Source of the DNA: Bdellovibrionales bacterium GWA1_52_35
Lineage (GTDB): Bacteria > Bdellovibrionota > UBA1018
Direction of reading: 5' to 3'
NCBI GenBank assembly: GCA_001769805.1
Contig: MEPO01000011.1
Location: 41,623-105,622, forward strand
Length of the DNA stretch: 64,000 nucleotides
The translations under genes and the position numbers were made by a program. Shown here piece after piece: positions 49,767-59,055 of the stretch. The notes beneath the pieces are model-generated. The model was given only the letters and a program-made list of their open reading frames with translations, was not told the origin of the DNA and ran no database searches. Within the stretch, counting starts at the first letter, position 1, and each line of letters begins with the position of its first letter.

Positions 49767-50891
49767 ATGACCAACCAGGTGACCGTGATATTTCTGCTTT
49801 ACAACGCCGAGGATACAGTCCGGGCGCTCGTTGATTCAGCCCTGGGCCAAAAGTCCGCTCCCGAGAGCCCTCCTGCAACAATACTCTTTGTCGATGATTG
49901 CTCGAAGGACCGGACTCTGACTGTGCTCAAAGCTTATTTAGAAGAGAAGGGCAACCCAAAACATATCCGGTGGATTTCCCATGAACAGAATTTCGGGCTC
50001 TCACGCACTCTAAATGAAACTTTTGAGGCGCTCGAAACCCCTTACGCGCTGACCTGCCATTGCGACTGCTTTTTCGGGCGGGAGGATTACGTTGCCCAAA
50101 TGGTAACCCTGATGGACGCCCATCCCGAAGCCGCCACCATAACCGGCCAGCCGCAGATTTCTCCCACTGGCCGAATTCCTTTCGCCGAGAAGGTAAGCTT
50201 GACCGAAAACCTGATGGACATATTTCAAAAGCCGATTCCTCCCGGTGTCAGTCCCGAACAGTGGGTGATCCCCGTGGGCTTTGCCGAAGGGCGTTGTGAT
50301 ATTTTCCGTAAATCAGCACTCCAAGCAGTTGGCTATTATGATACGACGGTACGTCTTTCTGGCGAAGATCAACTGATTGCAGCCCGCATGCGGCAAAAGG
50401 GGTTTGCAATTTATCAGGCCCCCGCAATGCCTTACACCCTTTCTGTCTCTGATTCCCAAAACAGCACCTGGAAGTTGCTCAAGCATCAGCACCTGCTGGC
50501 GCGAACATCTCCTTACGTCATGTTCAAGAATCGCGAGACCCTGCAAGGAATGGTCGGGGAGACCGCTGGAAATAATCGCAAAAAACGAACCCTGCTCCGG
50601 CTTCATCATCTTTTCAGTTCTGTCGTTTACTGCTGGCTTGCCCTGTTTATGATTCTGGGCCTGAGCCCGCAACACAGAGCTTTCTGGATTCCACTATTGC
50701 TGGTGATTGCAATCAAGGCCTGGCTTTTTGCTGATCATTGCCCGGCAACGCGGATGAAACCACTGGATCTGGCTGGATTTGCGCTCCTGCAGCCTCCTTT
50801 TGACTTGATTTATACCGTCGGATTCACCCAAGGACTCTACGCAACTGCTCTCTTGAAAATTTTCCCCGACCGAAAGCACACTATTCAGTAG
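49767..50891 (+). CDS. Membrane-anchored family 2 glycosyltransferase
   Basis: Has VTVIFLLYNAEDTV and FVDDCSKDRT. C-terminal hydrophobic segments are present (LFSSVVYCWLALFMILGL, IPLLLVIAIKAWLF). Confidence 0.7.
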   Translation: MTNQVTVIFLLYNAEDTVRALVDSALGQKSAPESPPATILFVDDCSKDRTLTVLKAYLEEKGNPKHIRWISHEQNFGLSRTLNETFEALETPYALTCHCDCFFGREDYVAQMVTLMDAHPEAATITGQPQISPTGRIPFAEKVSLTENLMDIFQKPIPPGVSPEQWVIPVGFAEGRCDIFRKSALQAVGYYDTTVRLSGEDQLIAARMRQKGFAIYQAPAMPYTLSVSDSQNSTWKLLKHQHLLARTSPYVMFKNRETLQGMVGETAGNNRKKRTLLRLHHLFSSVVYCWLALFMILGLSPQHRAFWIPLLLVIAIKAWLFADHCPATRMKPLDLAGFALLQPPFDLIYTVGFTQGLYATALLKIFPDRKHTIQ

Positions 50892-52788
50892 CCGCTTTTC
50901 TGCATTTTGGAGCGTAATGCCAGATCCTTGCGGACTGCTCGCCCTCTCCGCCTCTGGGTCCCTTTCGCGTGGCTTCGGCAAAATAATAGCCCTGCTGGAC
51001 CGGAGCCCCCAGATGTTTTTCGAATTGCGCCACACAGGCCGGGGTTCCGGCCGCCTTCCAGATATCCGGATAAACCAGTACGGCTGAGGTCTCAGTATGG
51101 GTATCGAGATAACGGCAGAGTTCATCCCATTCCCCTTCGGCAAGACAGCGCTGGTCTTTCCAAGCTGAAAACCAGGACAAATACGGACTGCGATTGTAAA
51201 TCTGGCATTGAACATCAGTCAGGCGCGATTGATAGAGACCATAGACTTTCTTCTCATGCCAGCTGCTCAGACAGCCAGAAATAGTGGAATTCGGGTAATT
51301 GGGGCACTGTTCGGAAGTACAGACTCCATTTCCGCCCGCCACGCAGAACGGCATGTCCAGAACGGTTGTTCCAGGCATTTTCTGGATGTTTTTTAAAAGA
51401 GTTTGTGACGACTCTAGAAGCGGCGGTTGCATCAGCAGCGGCTCAAGAAGCCAGGTTAGCTCGACTGCTGCGATCAGAACAAAGCTTAGCAATACGGTTC
51501 TCGAGAAACGCCGATGAACTTTATGATTCCACTGGATCCTGATCCAGCCCGAAATTTCTGGCCAGGCCAGCACAATCATCACGGCGGCGAAATACGGCAG
51601 GAAATGTCCCCAACGTGAGGCCACACGGAAGAAAGTCATGAAGGGGATCAGCGTCCGAACCGGCCAATGGACCAAAGGAAAGGGACCAAAACCAAAATAG
51701 GCAATCGCAAGAAGCGTCAAAAATACAAAGGGCCCGATGACTTTGATTCCGGGTCCGCCTTTTTTACGCCTTAACAGATAAGCCCCGAGCAAAGCCGGGA
51801 GCCAGTAAACCCAACCAATCGTCACAACTGTTTCGGGTTTATTGATCGGAGGCCACCCGAGAGACATCCCGGACCACTCCAAGATCCGTTCCAGCCAAAG
51901 CGGGCGGATTACGTTCAAGGGATTGGCCCACCAACTCATCGGTTGGGGAATCGTGCCCAACTTTCTCATCTCGGTGACGAGCGGAATAAACCAGCGCAAC
52001 TCAAAGCTGATCCAGATCATGCAAAGAACGAGTGGCAAAACAGCATCACGCCAACGCCCCTCAATCAGAATTTCAGGCAGAATTTCAGATCGCCTCTTTC
52101 GCTGCCAGGCATAAGGCAGAAGCGCCAGCATGAAGCCACGCACTACGACCCATTCCAGAGCCATCGGGCCCCAAAAATATCCAGGCGAACCCAGCACCGC
52201 GACCAGGAGGAATATTCGCCAAAGTTCGAGGTTCCAGGACCATTTCTGATGCCGGATAAACCGCTGCCAGATCCAGGCATCCAGAAAAATACTGATGATC
52301 GCCCAGTGCTGGGACAGGTATTCAACGTGATACCAGGTGGCAAAATGCCGCGGCACATGAAAGGTGACGAAGAATGCAGAAAGCATCCAGGCCGGAAGCC
52401 GCTGAAGGCCCATTTTTGAAAGGATGAAACCCACACTCAAATATGACAGCAGGAGTGCCGCGAGATAATAGATCCAGATGAACGGAAACTCTTTCCATTG
52501 CCAGAAGTACGCGCCCAGCCAGTCCCGCTCAATGGACCAGGAAAAGAACGGAATCGACATTCCAAAAGGAGCCATGAACAAATCAGAGCTGAACTCCGGC
52601 TTTCCGAAACGAAAAAGATTGTCTGCCATTGCGCGGCGACTCATGTCCCAGCAAAAATCCTCGAGATAACCCGGGCCCATATTCAGAGGACGGACCCAGT
52701 ACCAATAGATCAGAACAAAAATCAGGCCCGTCAGGAATGGTAAAAGTGAACCAATCAATCCTCGAATTGCCAAGCTTCTCGAGCTCAA
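50881..52788 (-). CDS. Polytopic membrane protein with C-terminal Cys-rich extracytoplasmic domain (paralogue B)
   Basis: 635 aa and collinear with 42396-44300. Shared stretches include PLNxGPGYxEDFCxxMSRRAM, LFMAPFGM, FFSWSIERDW, ISIFLDAWIW and GTTVLDMPFCVAGGNGVCT.EQCPNYP. All 8 C-terminal Cys are conserved. Confidence 0.55.
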   Translation of the reverse strand: MSSRSLAIRGLIGSLLPFLTGLIFVLIYWYWVRPLNMGPGYLEDFCWDMSRRAMADNLFRFGKPEFSSDLFMAPFGMSIPFFSWSIERDWLGAYFWQWKEFPFIWIYYLAALLLSYLSVGFILSKMGLQRLPAWMLSAFFVTFHVPRHFATWYHVEYLSQHWAIISIFLDAWIWQRFIRHQKWSWNLELWRIFLLVAVLGSPGYFWGPMALEWVVVRGFMLALLPYAWQRKRRSEILPEILIEGRWRDAVLPLVLCMIWISFELRWFIPLVTEMRKLGTIPQPMSWWANPLNVIRPLWLERILEWSGMSLGWPPINKPETVVTIGWVYWLPALLGAYLLRRKKGGPGIKVIGPFVFLTLLAIAYFGFGPFPLVHWPVRTLIPFMTFFRVASRWGHFLPYFAAVMIVLAWPEISGWIRIQWNHKVHRRFSRTVLLSFVLIAAVELTWLLEPLLMQPPLLESSQTLLKNIQKMPGTTVLDMPFCVAGGNGVCTSEQCPNYPNSTISGCLSSWHEKKVYGLYQSRLTDVQCQIYNRSPYLSWFSAWKDQRCLAEGEWDELCRYLDTHTETSAVLVYPDIWKAAGTPACVAQFEKHLGAPVQQGYYFAEATRKGPRGGEGEQSARIWHYAPKCRKAATE

Positions 52789-52815
52789 GTAATCTCTCCT
52801 CTGGAAGGTCCGTAG

Positions 52816-54531
52816 ATGAACAATCTGAAAAGCAGTTTAAGACGGCGCTGGATTCAAAGCGACCTAAAAGTCAAATTGCTCAGCATCCTGCTTGGACTGA
52901 TCCCGGTGGGAATTGCGCTTTGGGTCTGGTTATCACCACTGGCTTTTGTTCCGGTGCCCTGGCCTGATGACTCAGCCTTCTATTTCGTCGGACGCGACTT
53001 TTTTCAGTGGCCCCCCCGCTGGGTAATGATTCCTCAAGCTCCGTTTGAACCCTCCTATCGGATTTTCAATTTCAATACGATGCCTCTTTACCCGATTCTG
53101 ATCGGATTGGGTCGCTTCGTTGGAATCGATGGAAGTTTTGGAATTAAATTCTGGCCACTTTGTGCCTGGGCTTTGACGGGCTCCCTCCTTTCTGTTGTGC
53201 TTTTTCGTTCAGGTCTTCCTATTCTCATTTCGGCACTCCTTGGGCTTGCGGTCGGTCTGGATCCGATCCTTCGTTGGGCCTCGGTCCTGGTGCGGCCCGA
53301 ATCTTTGATTGGTCTGATCGGGATGGCGTTGGTCCTGGGTCTGGCTTTAGGTATTCCTGCAAAATTCAGAACCAAAGGACTCTGGGATCCCGTCGCAGCC
53401 CTTCTGGCTTTGGCCGCTTATTCACATTTCAACGCCATTCATCTGCTTTTTCCGGTAATTGTTTTCCATTTCCTGGAACCCCTCCGTCTTTTTGCCATTG
53501 CCTGGCGCACGGCGCTCTACCTGCTACCCTGGCTGGTCCTTGTCCTGTGGCATTGGGGCTTGTTCGTTCATCAGATGACTACCCAGTGGACGCGACTGGC
53601 GGTTGCCAACAATTGGCTCGATTCAATCGCCTCGGCAATCAACGGCCTGCTTCAGAACCTTGGCAGTCCGGAAGCCTGGCCCGCTCAGATTTACTTGCTG
53701 GGAATGGGCCTCTGGCTCCTGATTTTTTGCGCGGCGGTTTTTGCTCTTTGCGATTTGTATCTGGCCTTCTGGAAACCAGAGCGCAGAACAACGCGGCGTC
53801 TCGCTCCAGCAGCAACCTGGGTGCTCAGCTCAGTCTGGCTCTGGCATACCAAGCCTGAAGTCTGGTTCGTCTATTACATCCATATTGCCCTTTGGTGCTT
53901 CGCGGGCCTTGTACTGCTGGAAGCATGGCGAAACCGGAAACAGTTTTTCGGAAAATTCACCTTTGCCGCAGGAGCCCTCCTCCTTGTCACGCTCACCTCC
54001 GTTTCCGGCTATGTCGACGGCGTGCAGTTTATAAAATTGCGCTCGTCTTCTTCCTGGAACAGGGACACCTACCACGAATTCATCAGCTGCATCGATCAGC
54101 GGCTCGAAGAGGAATGGCGGCGCGTTCGTGCAATATTGCCCGACAGAACTTTCACAGTCTGGAACCCGACTTTTCCCGATGTGACGGTCGAGCTTTCACG
54201 CAGACATCCCGACTGGGAGTTCACCCGCACGAACGACTTTTCAGAAAGAAGCCAGTTGGCTTTGCAGCACGGGCGGGACGTGGACGCAGTCGTCGTCTCG
54301 GAAACCCTGCAATGGCAGGAGCGCGACATTTCCGGTCCCCTTGAAGAGCATCCTGAGATCAGTTCCGTCTGGATGAACTGGGGTGGCTATTTTCTGAAGA
54401 CGTTGTGGACCGAAAAAGGATGGAAGCCGGTACGTTATTTATGCCAGAGAGGCCGCTGGCAGGCCTTCATGTTCATGAACGCACCCAGACCAAGGCTCTC
54501 CACTCATTCAGCTCCCGGCGAACAGGAGTAA
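52816..54531 (+). CDS. Polytopic membrane protein (571 aa; candidate GT-C-fold glycosyltransferase)
   Basis: About 12 hydrophobic segments, followed by a soluble domain of about 160 aa. The first loop carries PWPDDSAFYF. Confidence 0.45.
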   Translation: MNNLKSSLRRRWIQSDLKVKLLSILLGLIPVGIALWVWLSPLAFVPVPWPDDSAFYFVGRDFFQWPPRWVMIPQAPFEPSYRIFNFNTMPLYPILIGLGRFVGIDGSFGIKFWPLCAWALTGSLLSVVLFRSGLPILISALLGLAVGLDPILRWASVLVRPESLIGLIGMALVLGLALGIPAKFRTKGLWDPVAALLALAAYSHFNAIHLLFPVIVFHFLEPLRLFAIAWRTALYLLPWLVLVLWHWGLFVHQMTTQWTRLAVANNWLDSIASAINGLLQNLGSPEAWPAQIYLLGMGLWLLIFCAAVFALCDLYLAFWKPERRTTRRLAPAATWVLSSVWLWHTKPEVWFVYYIHIALWCFAGLVLLEAWRNRKQFFGKFTFAAGALLLVTLTSVSGYVDGVQFIKLRSSSSWNRDTYHEFISCIDQRLEEEWRRVRAILPDRTFTVWNPTFPDVTVELSRRHPDWEFTRTNDFSERSQLALQHGRDVDAVVVSETLQWQERDISGPLEEHPEISSVWMNWGGYFLKTLWTEKGWKPVRYLCQRGRWQAFMFMNAPRPRLSTHSAPGEQE

Positions 54532-55456
54532 ATCCCAGCAATTCTGAGAAGCGCGCTGAAACGGCTTCGAGATCTTTTTCGATCAGGCCAGAAAGAATCA
54601 AGACGCCCTTGGGGCTAAGCCGGTTCACGAGTTCCTCTGAAAATTGCAGGAGAACTGGTTTAAGGATATTTGCGATCACCATTCCAAATGGCCCGTTAGC
54701 ACCGTCCAGAGTGGTCTGAAAAGTAATCTGAGTTTCCAACTGGTTCAAACGCGCATTATCAAGCGCATTGTCAATCGCGAGAGTATCAATCTCCACAGCG
54801 GTGACTTTGGCACCCAGCTTGGCTGCCGCAATCGCGAGAATTCCAGATCCGCTGCCGAAGTCCAGAACCCCTGGCCAGGCGCGTGGTACCGCCAACCAGC
54901 AATCCGCAATTGCCCCAAGACATAGCTGGGTGGTCTCATGGGTTCCGGTTCCGAAACCCGCACCTGGATTGATTCGCAAAACACTCACGTCCGGATTTAC
55001 GGGCACGCTCGACCAAGGTGGCAATATCCTCCAGAACGGAGGCACCACTATGCCATCAGGCGTGTTCAGAAAGGACGCTTTCCATTTAGCATCCCAATCT
55101 TCGGGTCTCTGTTCGGTAATCCCCCCGATGACGAGACGCTCAATTCCGCTCAAGATCTCTGCTGCGCCGCGGGCATGGTCCTCAGAATCAAAATAGAGCT
55201 CCGCGGTAGTTTCTTTCTGAGATTCAATCCAATCACGTTCACGGGGTGCTTCTGCCGCATCCACCGTCCACGACTCGGTTTCCAGACCCTGCTCCGAAGC
55301 TTCCTCCGTAAGCATGGTGCCTTCATGAACCCCCAGCAAGCCTGCATGAGTAAAATTCTGCCAGATCCAGTCGAACATTTCCTCGCGACTCAGCCTTTTA
55401 TGATTGACCGATAAATCACGGGGTACCGTCACCTGAAGGCGAAAGGTCGAACTCAC
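54473..55456 (-). CDS. prmA: Ribosomal protein L11 methyltransferase
   Basis: Has the PrmA layout with an N-terminal substrate domain, motif I VLDFGSGSGILAIAAAKLGA and ..AVEID..A... Confidence 0.8.
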   Translation of the reverse strand: MSSTFRLQVTVPRDLSVNHKRLSREEMFDWIWQNFTHAGLLGVHEGTMLTEEASEQGLETESWTVDAAEAPRERDWIESQKETTAELYFDSEDHARGAAEILSGIERLVIGGITEQRPEDWDAKWKASFLNTPDGIVVPPFWRILPPWSSVPVNPDVSVLRINPGAGFGTGTHETTQLCLGAIADCWLAVPRAWPGVLDFGSGSGILAIAAAKLGAKVTAVEIDTLAIDNALDNARLNQLETQITFQTTLDGANGPFGMVIANILKPVLLQFSEELVNRLSPKGVLILSGLIEKDLEAVSARFSELLGFTPVRRELNEWRALVWVRS

Positions 55457-55459
55457 TTT

Positions 55460-58400
55460 TTACACCGGAGGCTGAGAATGCTCACCGCCACCGCCAGCGC
55501 CGCCGCCAGTGTCACCACCGGAATTGCCGCCAGCACCTGAGTCGCCCGATCCGCCATGGCCACCATGATTACCGGAGTCCTTGGGACTGATCACTCCGGA
55601 CCCTTCCTGACCCGGTCCTTGAGGTCCCCCAAAGTCTTTGCGATTATCTCTGCGAAATCGTCCGCCCCGTCGACCTCGGCGCTTGCGCGCATTGCGATCG
55701 CGGTCCTGATCACGGTCCCGGTTACGATCGCCTGGTTTACCGCCCGCCCCCCGGCCAGGCGCTGCAGCATTCGGACCACCAGCTGCTCCATGATATTTCG
55801 CCAGAGCCGCGTCCTGTGCTGCTTGCGCCCGCAGAAAAGCCAGTCTGTCCTCTTCGGTCATGTCATGATCCGGCTCCATGCGAGGCTGGATCACCATATT
55901 TCCTGGAGAAGTTTCTCCTTCAGGTCCTGGGCCTGCCTCTCGCGCGTGTTCGACTTCGCTTGGACGAACCGGCAGCGGTAACGGATGAGCCAGAGGTGTG
56001 ATCACACCTCTTGTGACCGGCTTTTCAGGTTTTTCGGGTTGACCCGCAATAACCGGTTGAATGATCACTCGAGCTTTCGGTTGACGCTGCTGTTCACGAT
56101 CGCGACCACCCCGGTCTCGGCCTCCGCGGCCACGATCCCGCTGTTCACGATGATCCGAGCGGTGATCGGAACCTTGCTCGCGGCTCTTCTCTGAGCGCGG
56201 GCCCTTGTCACCGACCACTTCAAACTGCTCGATATGAAACTCCGCTGCAGCCTGCAGATAGATTTGCTTGCGATAGCGGCGCTCCATATGATCCAGGGTT
56301 TCGCGCTCGTCAATGGCGAGCGTATCAATGACATCCGGATGAGCCTGGACCAGAATTTTACCGATGTCCTTTTCGATTCCTTCACGTTCCAGTTCGCGGA
56401 GCACCTCATAAGCAACCGTCTGTTTGCTCTTGATGTATCCCTTGCCCTCACAAACCGTACAGGACTCACAAAGCGTGCGGACCATCGTGTCCCGCGTTCG
56501 TTTGCGGGTCATCTCCACGAGTCCCAAATCAGAAATCTTCATGATCGTCGGACGTGCGCGATCTTTCTTCAGCGCCTCTTCGAGTGCCCGATAAACACGA
56601 TGCTTATTTTCTTCCTTTTCCATATCGATCAAATCGAGAATGATGATTCCACCGGCATTTCTCAACCTGAGCTGGTAGGCGATCTCCTCGACGGCTTCGA
56701 GGTTCGTCTTCAAAATCGTGTCTTCAAGGTTTTTCTTTCCAACAAAGCGGCCGGTATTGACGTCAATCGCGACCAGAGCTTCAGCTTGATCGATCACGAG
56801 ATAGCCGCCCGATTTCAGCCAGACCTTGCGTTCAAGAGCCCGGGCGAGTTCGGTCGAAATTCCATAAGCGTCAAAAACGGGGACGTCCCCGTGATAAAGA
56901 TCGATCTTTTGACGAAGTGACGGCATGAAGTGCGCGACAAAGCGTTGAATTTCATTAAAGTGATAACGGGAATCGACTACGATCTTGTCGATATCCTCGG
57001 TCACCCAGTCACGAATGGCACGCAGAACCGGATTGAGATCCTCGTAAACCATGGCCGGCGCTGTCACTTCCGCGGCTTTTTCCCGGATTTCAGTCCAGAG
57101 ACGTGCCAGGTAGTCGATATCCTGTTTGATGCGCTTTTCGGATTGTTGACGGCCGCTGGCCGTACGAACAATGAATCCCAGATTTTTGGGCCGGTAACGT
57201 TCAACATGCTCGCGCAGTTTGCGCCGTTCATCATCGCGTTCAATGCGGCGGGAAACCCCGACATGATCGATGGTGGGCATACAAACCAGGTGACGCCCCG
57301 GAAGGCTGATGTGACAGGTGAGTCGTGCCCCCTTGGTGGCAATGGGCTCTTTGGCAACCTGAACGAGGACTTCCTGACCTTCCTTTAAAAGATCCTGGAT
57401 ATTGACTTGGCCGCGAACCGAACGCTGAACCTTGGGCTTGATGCGGCGATCCCGAGAACGCGTTTCGCGGAATTCCGGGCGACGCCCTCCCTTTGAATCA
57501 ACGGGTTGGACCGGACTGGTCGCTTGAGCTTGCGGCTGCGCTTCTGTTGGACGATCTGCGGGAATACCAGCTGTTTCGCCTTCACTCATCATGGAAGAAC
57601 GATCCGAGCCAAGGTCACCACCGGTCTCGGCTACCTGTTCGACGTAATTTTCTGGGTAATCCGTTGAGGCGGCCTCAGTACCGGGAGCCGCTGCTGCATT
57701 TGGGCTGCGCTCCTTCCGGCGATAGCGCCCACCACGCCGTCCACGACGACCACGGCGAGATGCCCGATCACCCCCTTCACCTTCGGCTGAATCCTGACCT
57801 TCTCCGGCAGGAGAGACGTCTTTTGCTTCTTTAGATTCTTGGGATTCTTGGGATTCTCGAGATTCTGGCGACTGCTCGGGCGCGCTTGCTTCACGCTCGG
57901 GAGCAACAGTTCCTTCGGGAGTTCCTGATTTATCTTCAGGATCCTGTTCCATGCCAATGGGCCCATGGTCATCTTCATCTTCGGGATCTTCGTCGTCCTC
58001 TTCATCATCTGCATCATTCAGGAAATCCTGGGCAAGATTTTCTGCATCTTCTTTCTCTTGCCGGTCCCGATCAGCATCTGTAACGCTATCCGGAGCCTGT
58101 TCAGGTTCTGCTGAAACACTGCCCGAGGGCTCGTCCTGCACGGAGCCCGCAATTACTGCGGCAACTTGCACCACACCCTCTGCGCCGGATTCGGTATTCG
58201 GAGTGATCGTGCCTTCTGATCCTTCTGCCGTTTCCAACAAATCCTGAGTGCCTTCTTCTTCTTCCCAGATTTCCGAGTGCACAAAAACATCATCGACATA
58301 CAGGAAGGCAGCTTTTTCCAGTCCGATATCGACAAAAGCCGCCTGCATGCCGGGGAGAACACGGGTCACTCTCCCTTTATAAATATTTCCTGCCACTCCC

Positions 58401-58504
58401 TTACCCGAGGGGCGCTCAATGACCATGTCCTGAATCTCGCCATTTTCCATCAGCGCGATCCGGGTTTCCGGTAGTGAAGCATTAATTATCAATTCTGTAG
58501 ACAT
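55460..58504 (-). CDS. rne: RNase E/G-family endoribonuclease with about 330-aa acidic insertion in the S1 domain and Arg/Gly-rich C-terminal tail
   Basis: Has S1 start ..GNIYKGRVTRVLPGMQAAFVDIG..AFLYV... and, after the insert, ..LKEGQEVLVQVAKEPIATKGARLTCHISLPGRHLVCMP... Catalytic blocks GGIIILDLIDM, DLGLVEMTRKR and Zn-link CESCTVCEGKGY are present. C-terminal RDRGRGGRDRGGRD and G-rich tail. Confidence 0.9.
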   Translation of the reverse strand: MSTELIINASLPETRIALMENGEIQDMVIERPSGKGVAGNIYKGRVTRVLPGMQAAFVDIGLEKAAFLYVDDVFVHSEIWEEEEGTQDLLETAEGSEGTITPNTESGAEGVVQVAAVIAGSVQDEPSGSVSAEPEQAPDSVTDADRDRQEKEDAENLAQDFLNDADDEEDDEDPEDEDDHGPIGMEQDPEDKSGTPEGTVAPEREASAPEQSPESRESQESQESKEAKDVSPAGEGQDSAEGEGGDRASRRGRRGRRGGRYRRKERSPNAAAAPGTEAASTDYPENYVEQVAETGGDLGSDRSSMMSEGETAGIPADRPTEAQPQAQATSPVQPVDSKGGRRPEFRETRSRDRRIKPKVQRSVRGQVNIQDLLKEGQEVLVQVAKEPIATKGARLTCHISLPGRHLVCMPTIDHVGVSRRIERDDERRKLREHVERYRPKNLGFIVRTASGRQQSEKRIKQDIDYLARLWTEIREKAAEVTAPAMVYEDLNPVLRAIRDWVTEDIDKIVVDSRYHFNEIQRFVAHFMPSLRQKIDLYHGDVPVFDAYGISTELARALERKVWLKSGGYLVIDQAEALVAIDVNTGRFVGKKNLEDTILKTNLEAVEEIAYQLRLRNAGGIIILDLIDMEKEENKHRVYRALEEALKKDRARPTIMKISDLGLVEMTRKRTRDTMVRTLCESCTVCEGKGYIKSKQTVAYEVLRELEREGIEKDIGKILVQAHPDVIDTLAIDERETLDHMERRYRKQIYLQAAAEFHIEQFEVVGDKGPRSEKSREQGSDHRSDHREQRDRGRGGRDRGGRDREQQRQPKARVIIQPVIAGQPEKPEKPVTRGVITPLAHPLPLPVRPSEVEHAREAGPGPEGETSPGNMVIQPRMEPDHDMTEEDRLAFLRAQAAQDAALAKYHGAAGGPNAAAPGRGAGGKPGDRNRDRDQDRDRNARKRRGRRGGRFRRDNRKDFGGPQGPGQEGSGVISPKDSGNHGGHGGSGDSGAGGNSGGDTGGGAGGGGEHSQPPV
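57834..57869. repeat. Four degenerate 9-bp tandem repeats (gattcttgg-like) inside rne, encoding an ESQ/ESK repeat
   Basis: gattcttgg gattcttgg gattctcga gattctggc are read directly. They encode ..SRESQESQESKE.. on the minus strand. Confidence 0.6.
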
Positions 58505-58933
58505 ATCGACTCCCTATTGTTTTCCCAGCCAGCCGTCAGAGACGCCATCTGTTCAGCACGTTAGGGAAACTAAAGGCATCTGGTGACGCGAGAGGAGAAG
58601 AGAAGCCCGACAACCGGGCCCAGAATCAAACGATTTTCTGACTAAACGCTGCTCAAGAGTTCTGATCGAGTATGAAAACCCAGCGGCACCGGTGGCGCCT
58701 GTCCCGAGCTGCCAAAACCTGTTTGGCGAATGCTTTTCTAGCTGATCAAAAAAGGGCAACGTAAATGCTCCCAAAACCTTACCCACGGCAAATTTTCTTA
58801 CGCCGATGGTTTCCAAAAACGAATTTTTTAATTTGGCGCTCGCTTTTTCCTGCGCCGAAACTTTCTCCCATAAGACCCCCATCACAAGGGCCGAAGGTGC
58901 TCGAGTCTTCTATTCAGTCCGAGACTCAATCCG

Positions 58934-58957
58934 AAAGGGCTGCAAAAGCCGCCCTTT
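58934..58957 (+). terminator. Stem-loop (7-bp stem AAAGGGC/GCCCTTT, 10-nt loop) followed by a T-rich run; terminator-like on the plus strand
   Basis: aaagggc tgcaaaagcc gcccttt atTcTT. No plus-strand gene upstream is identified, so its role is unclear. Confidence 0.25.
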
Positions 58958-58963
58958 ATTCTT

Positions 58964-58979
58964 CCTATAGAACTATAGG
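58964..58979. promoter_or_regulatory. 16-bp palindrome CCTATAG-AA-CTATAGG about 77 bp upstream of deoC; candidate operator
   Basis: Perfect 7+7 inverted repeat read directly. It lies in the rne/deoC divergent intergenic region. Confidence 0.3.
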
Positions 58980-59055
58980 TTCCCACTTGACACTTCAAGC
59001 AAAAAGTAAAAACTCAATGGTTTCTCAGGTATTTCCTTGATACAGTAGGCATTAC

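Noticed and set aside
42396-52788. Considered whether the inverted paralogous genes are terminal inverted repeats of a transposon/invertible element
   Set aside because: No transposase, integrase, recombinase or short terminal inverted repeats or target-site duplications are visible. The copies are diverged at the nucleotide level, so this is better described as an ancient paralogue pair.
56234-57388. 228-aa and 152-aa plus-strand ORFs within rne
   Set aside because: Antisense to the RNase E catalytic core, which is unambiguously encoded on the minus strand.
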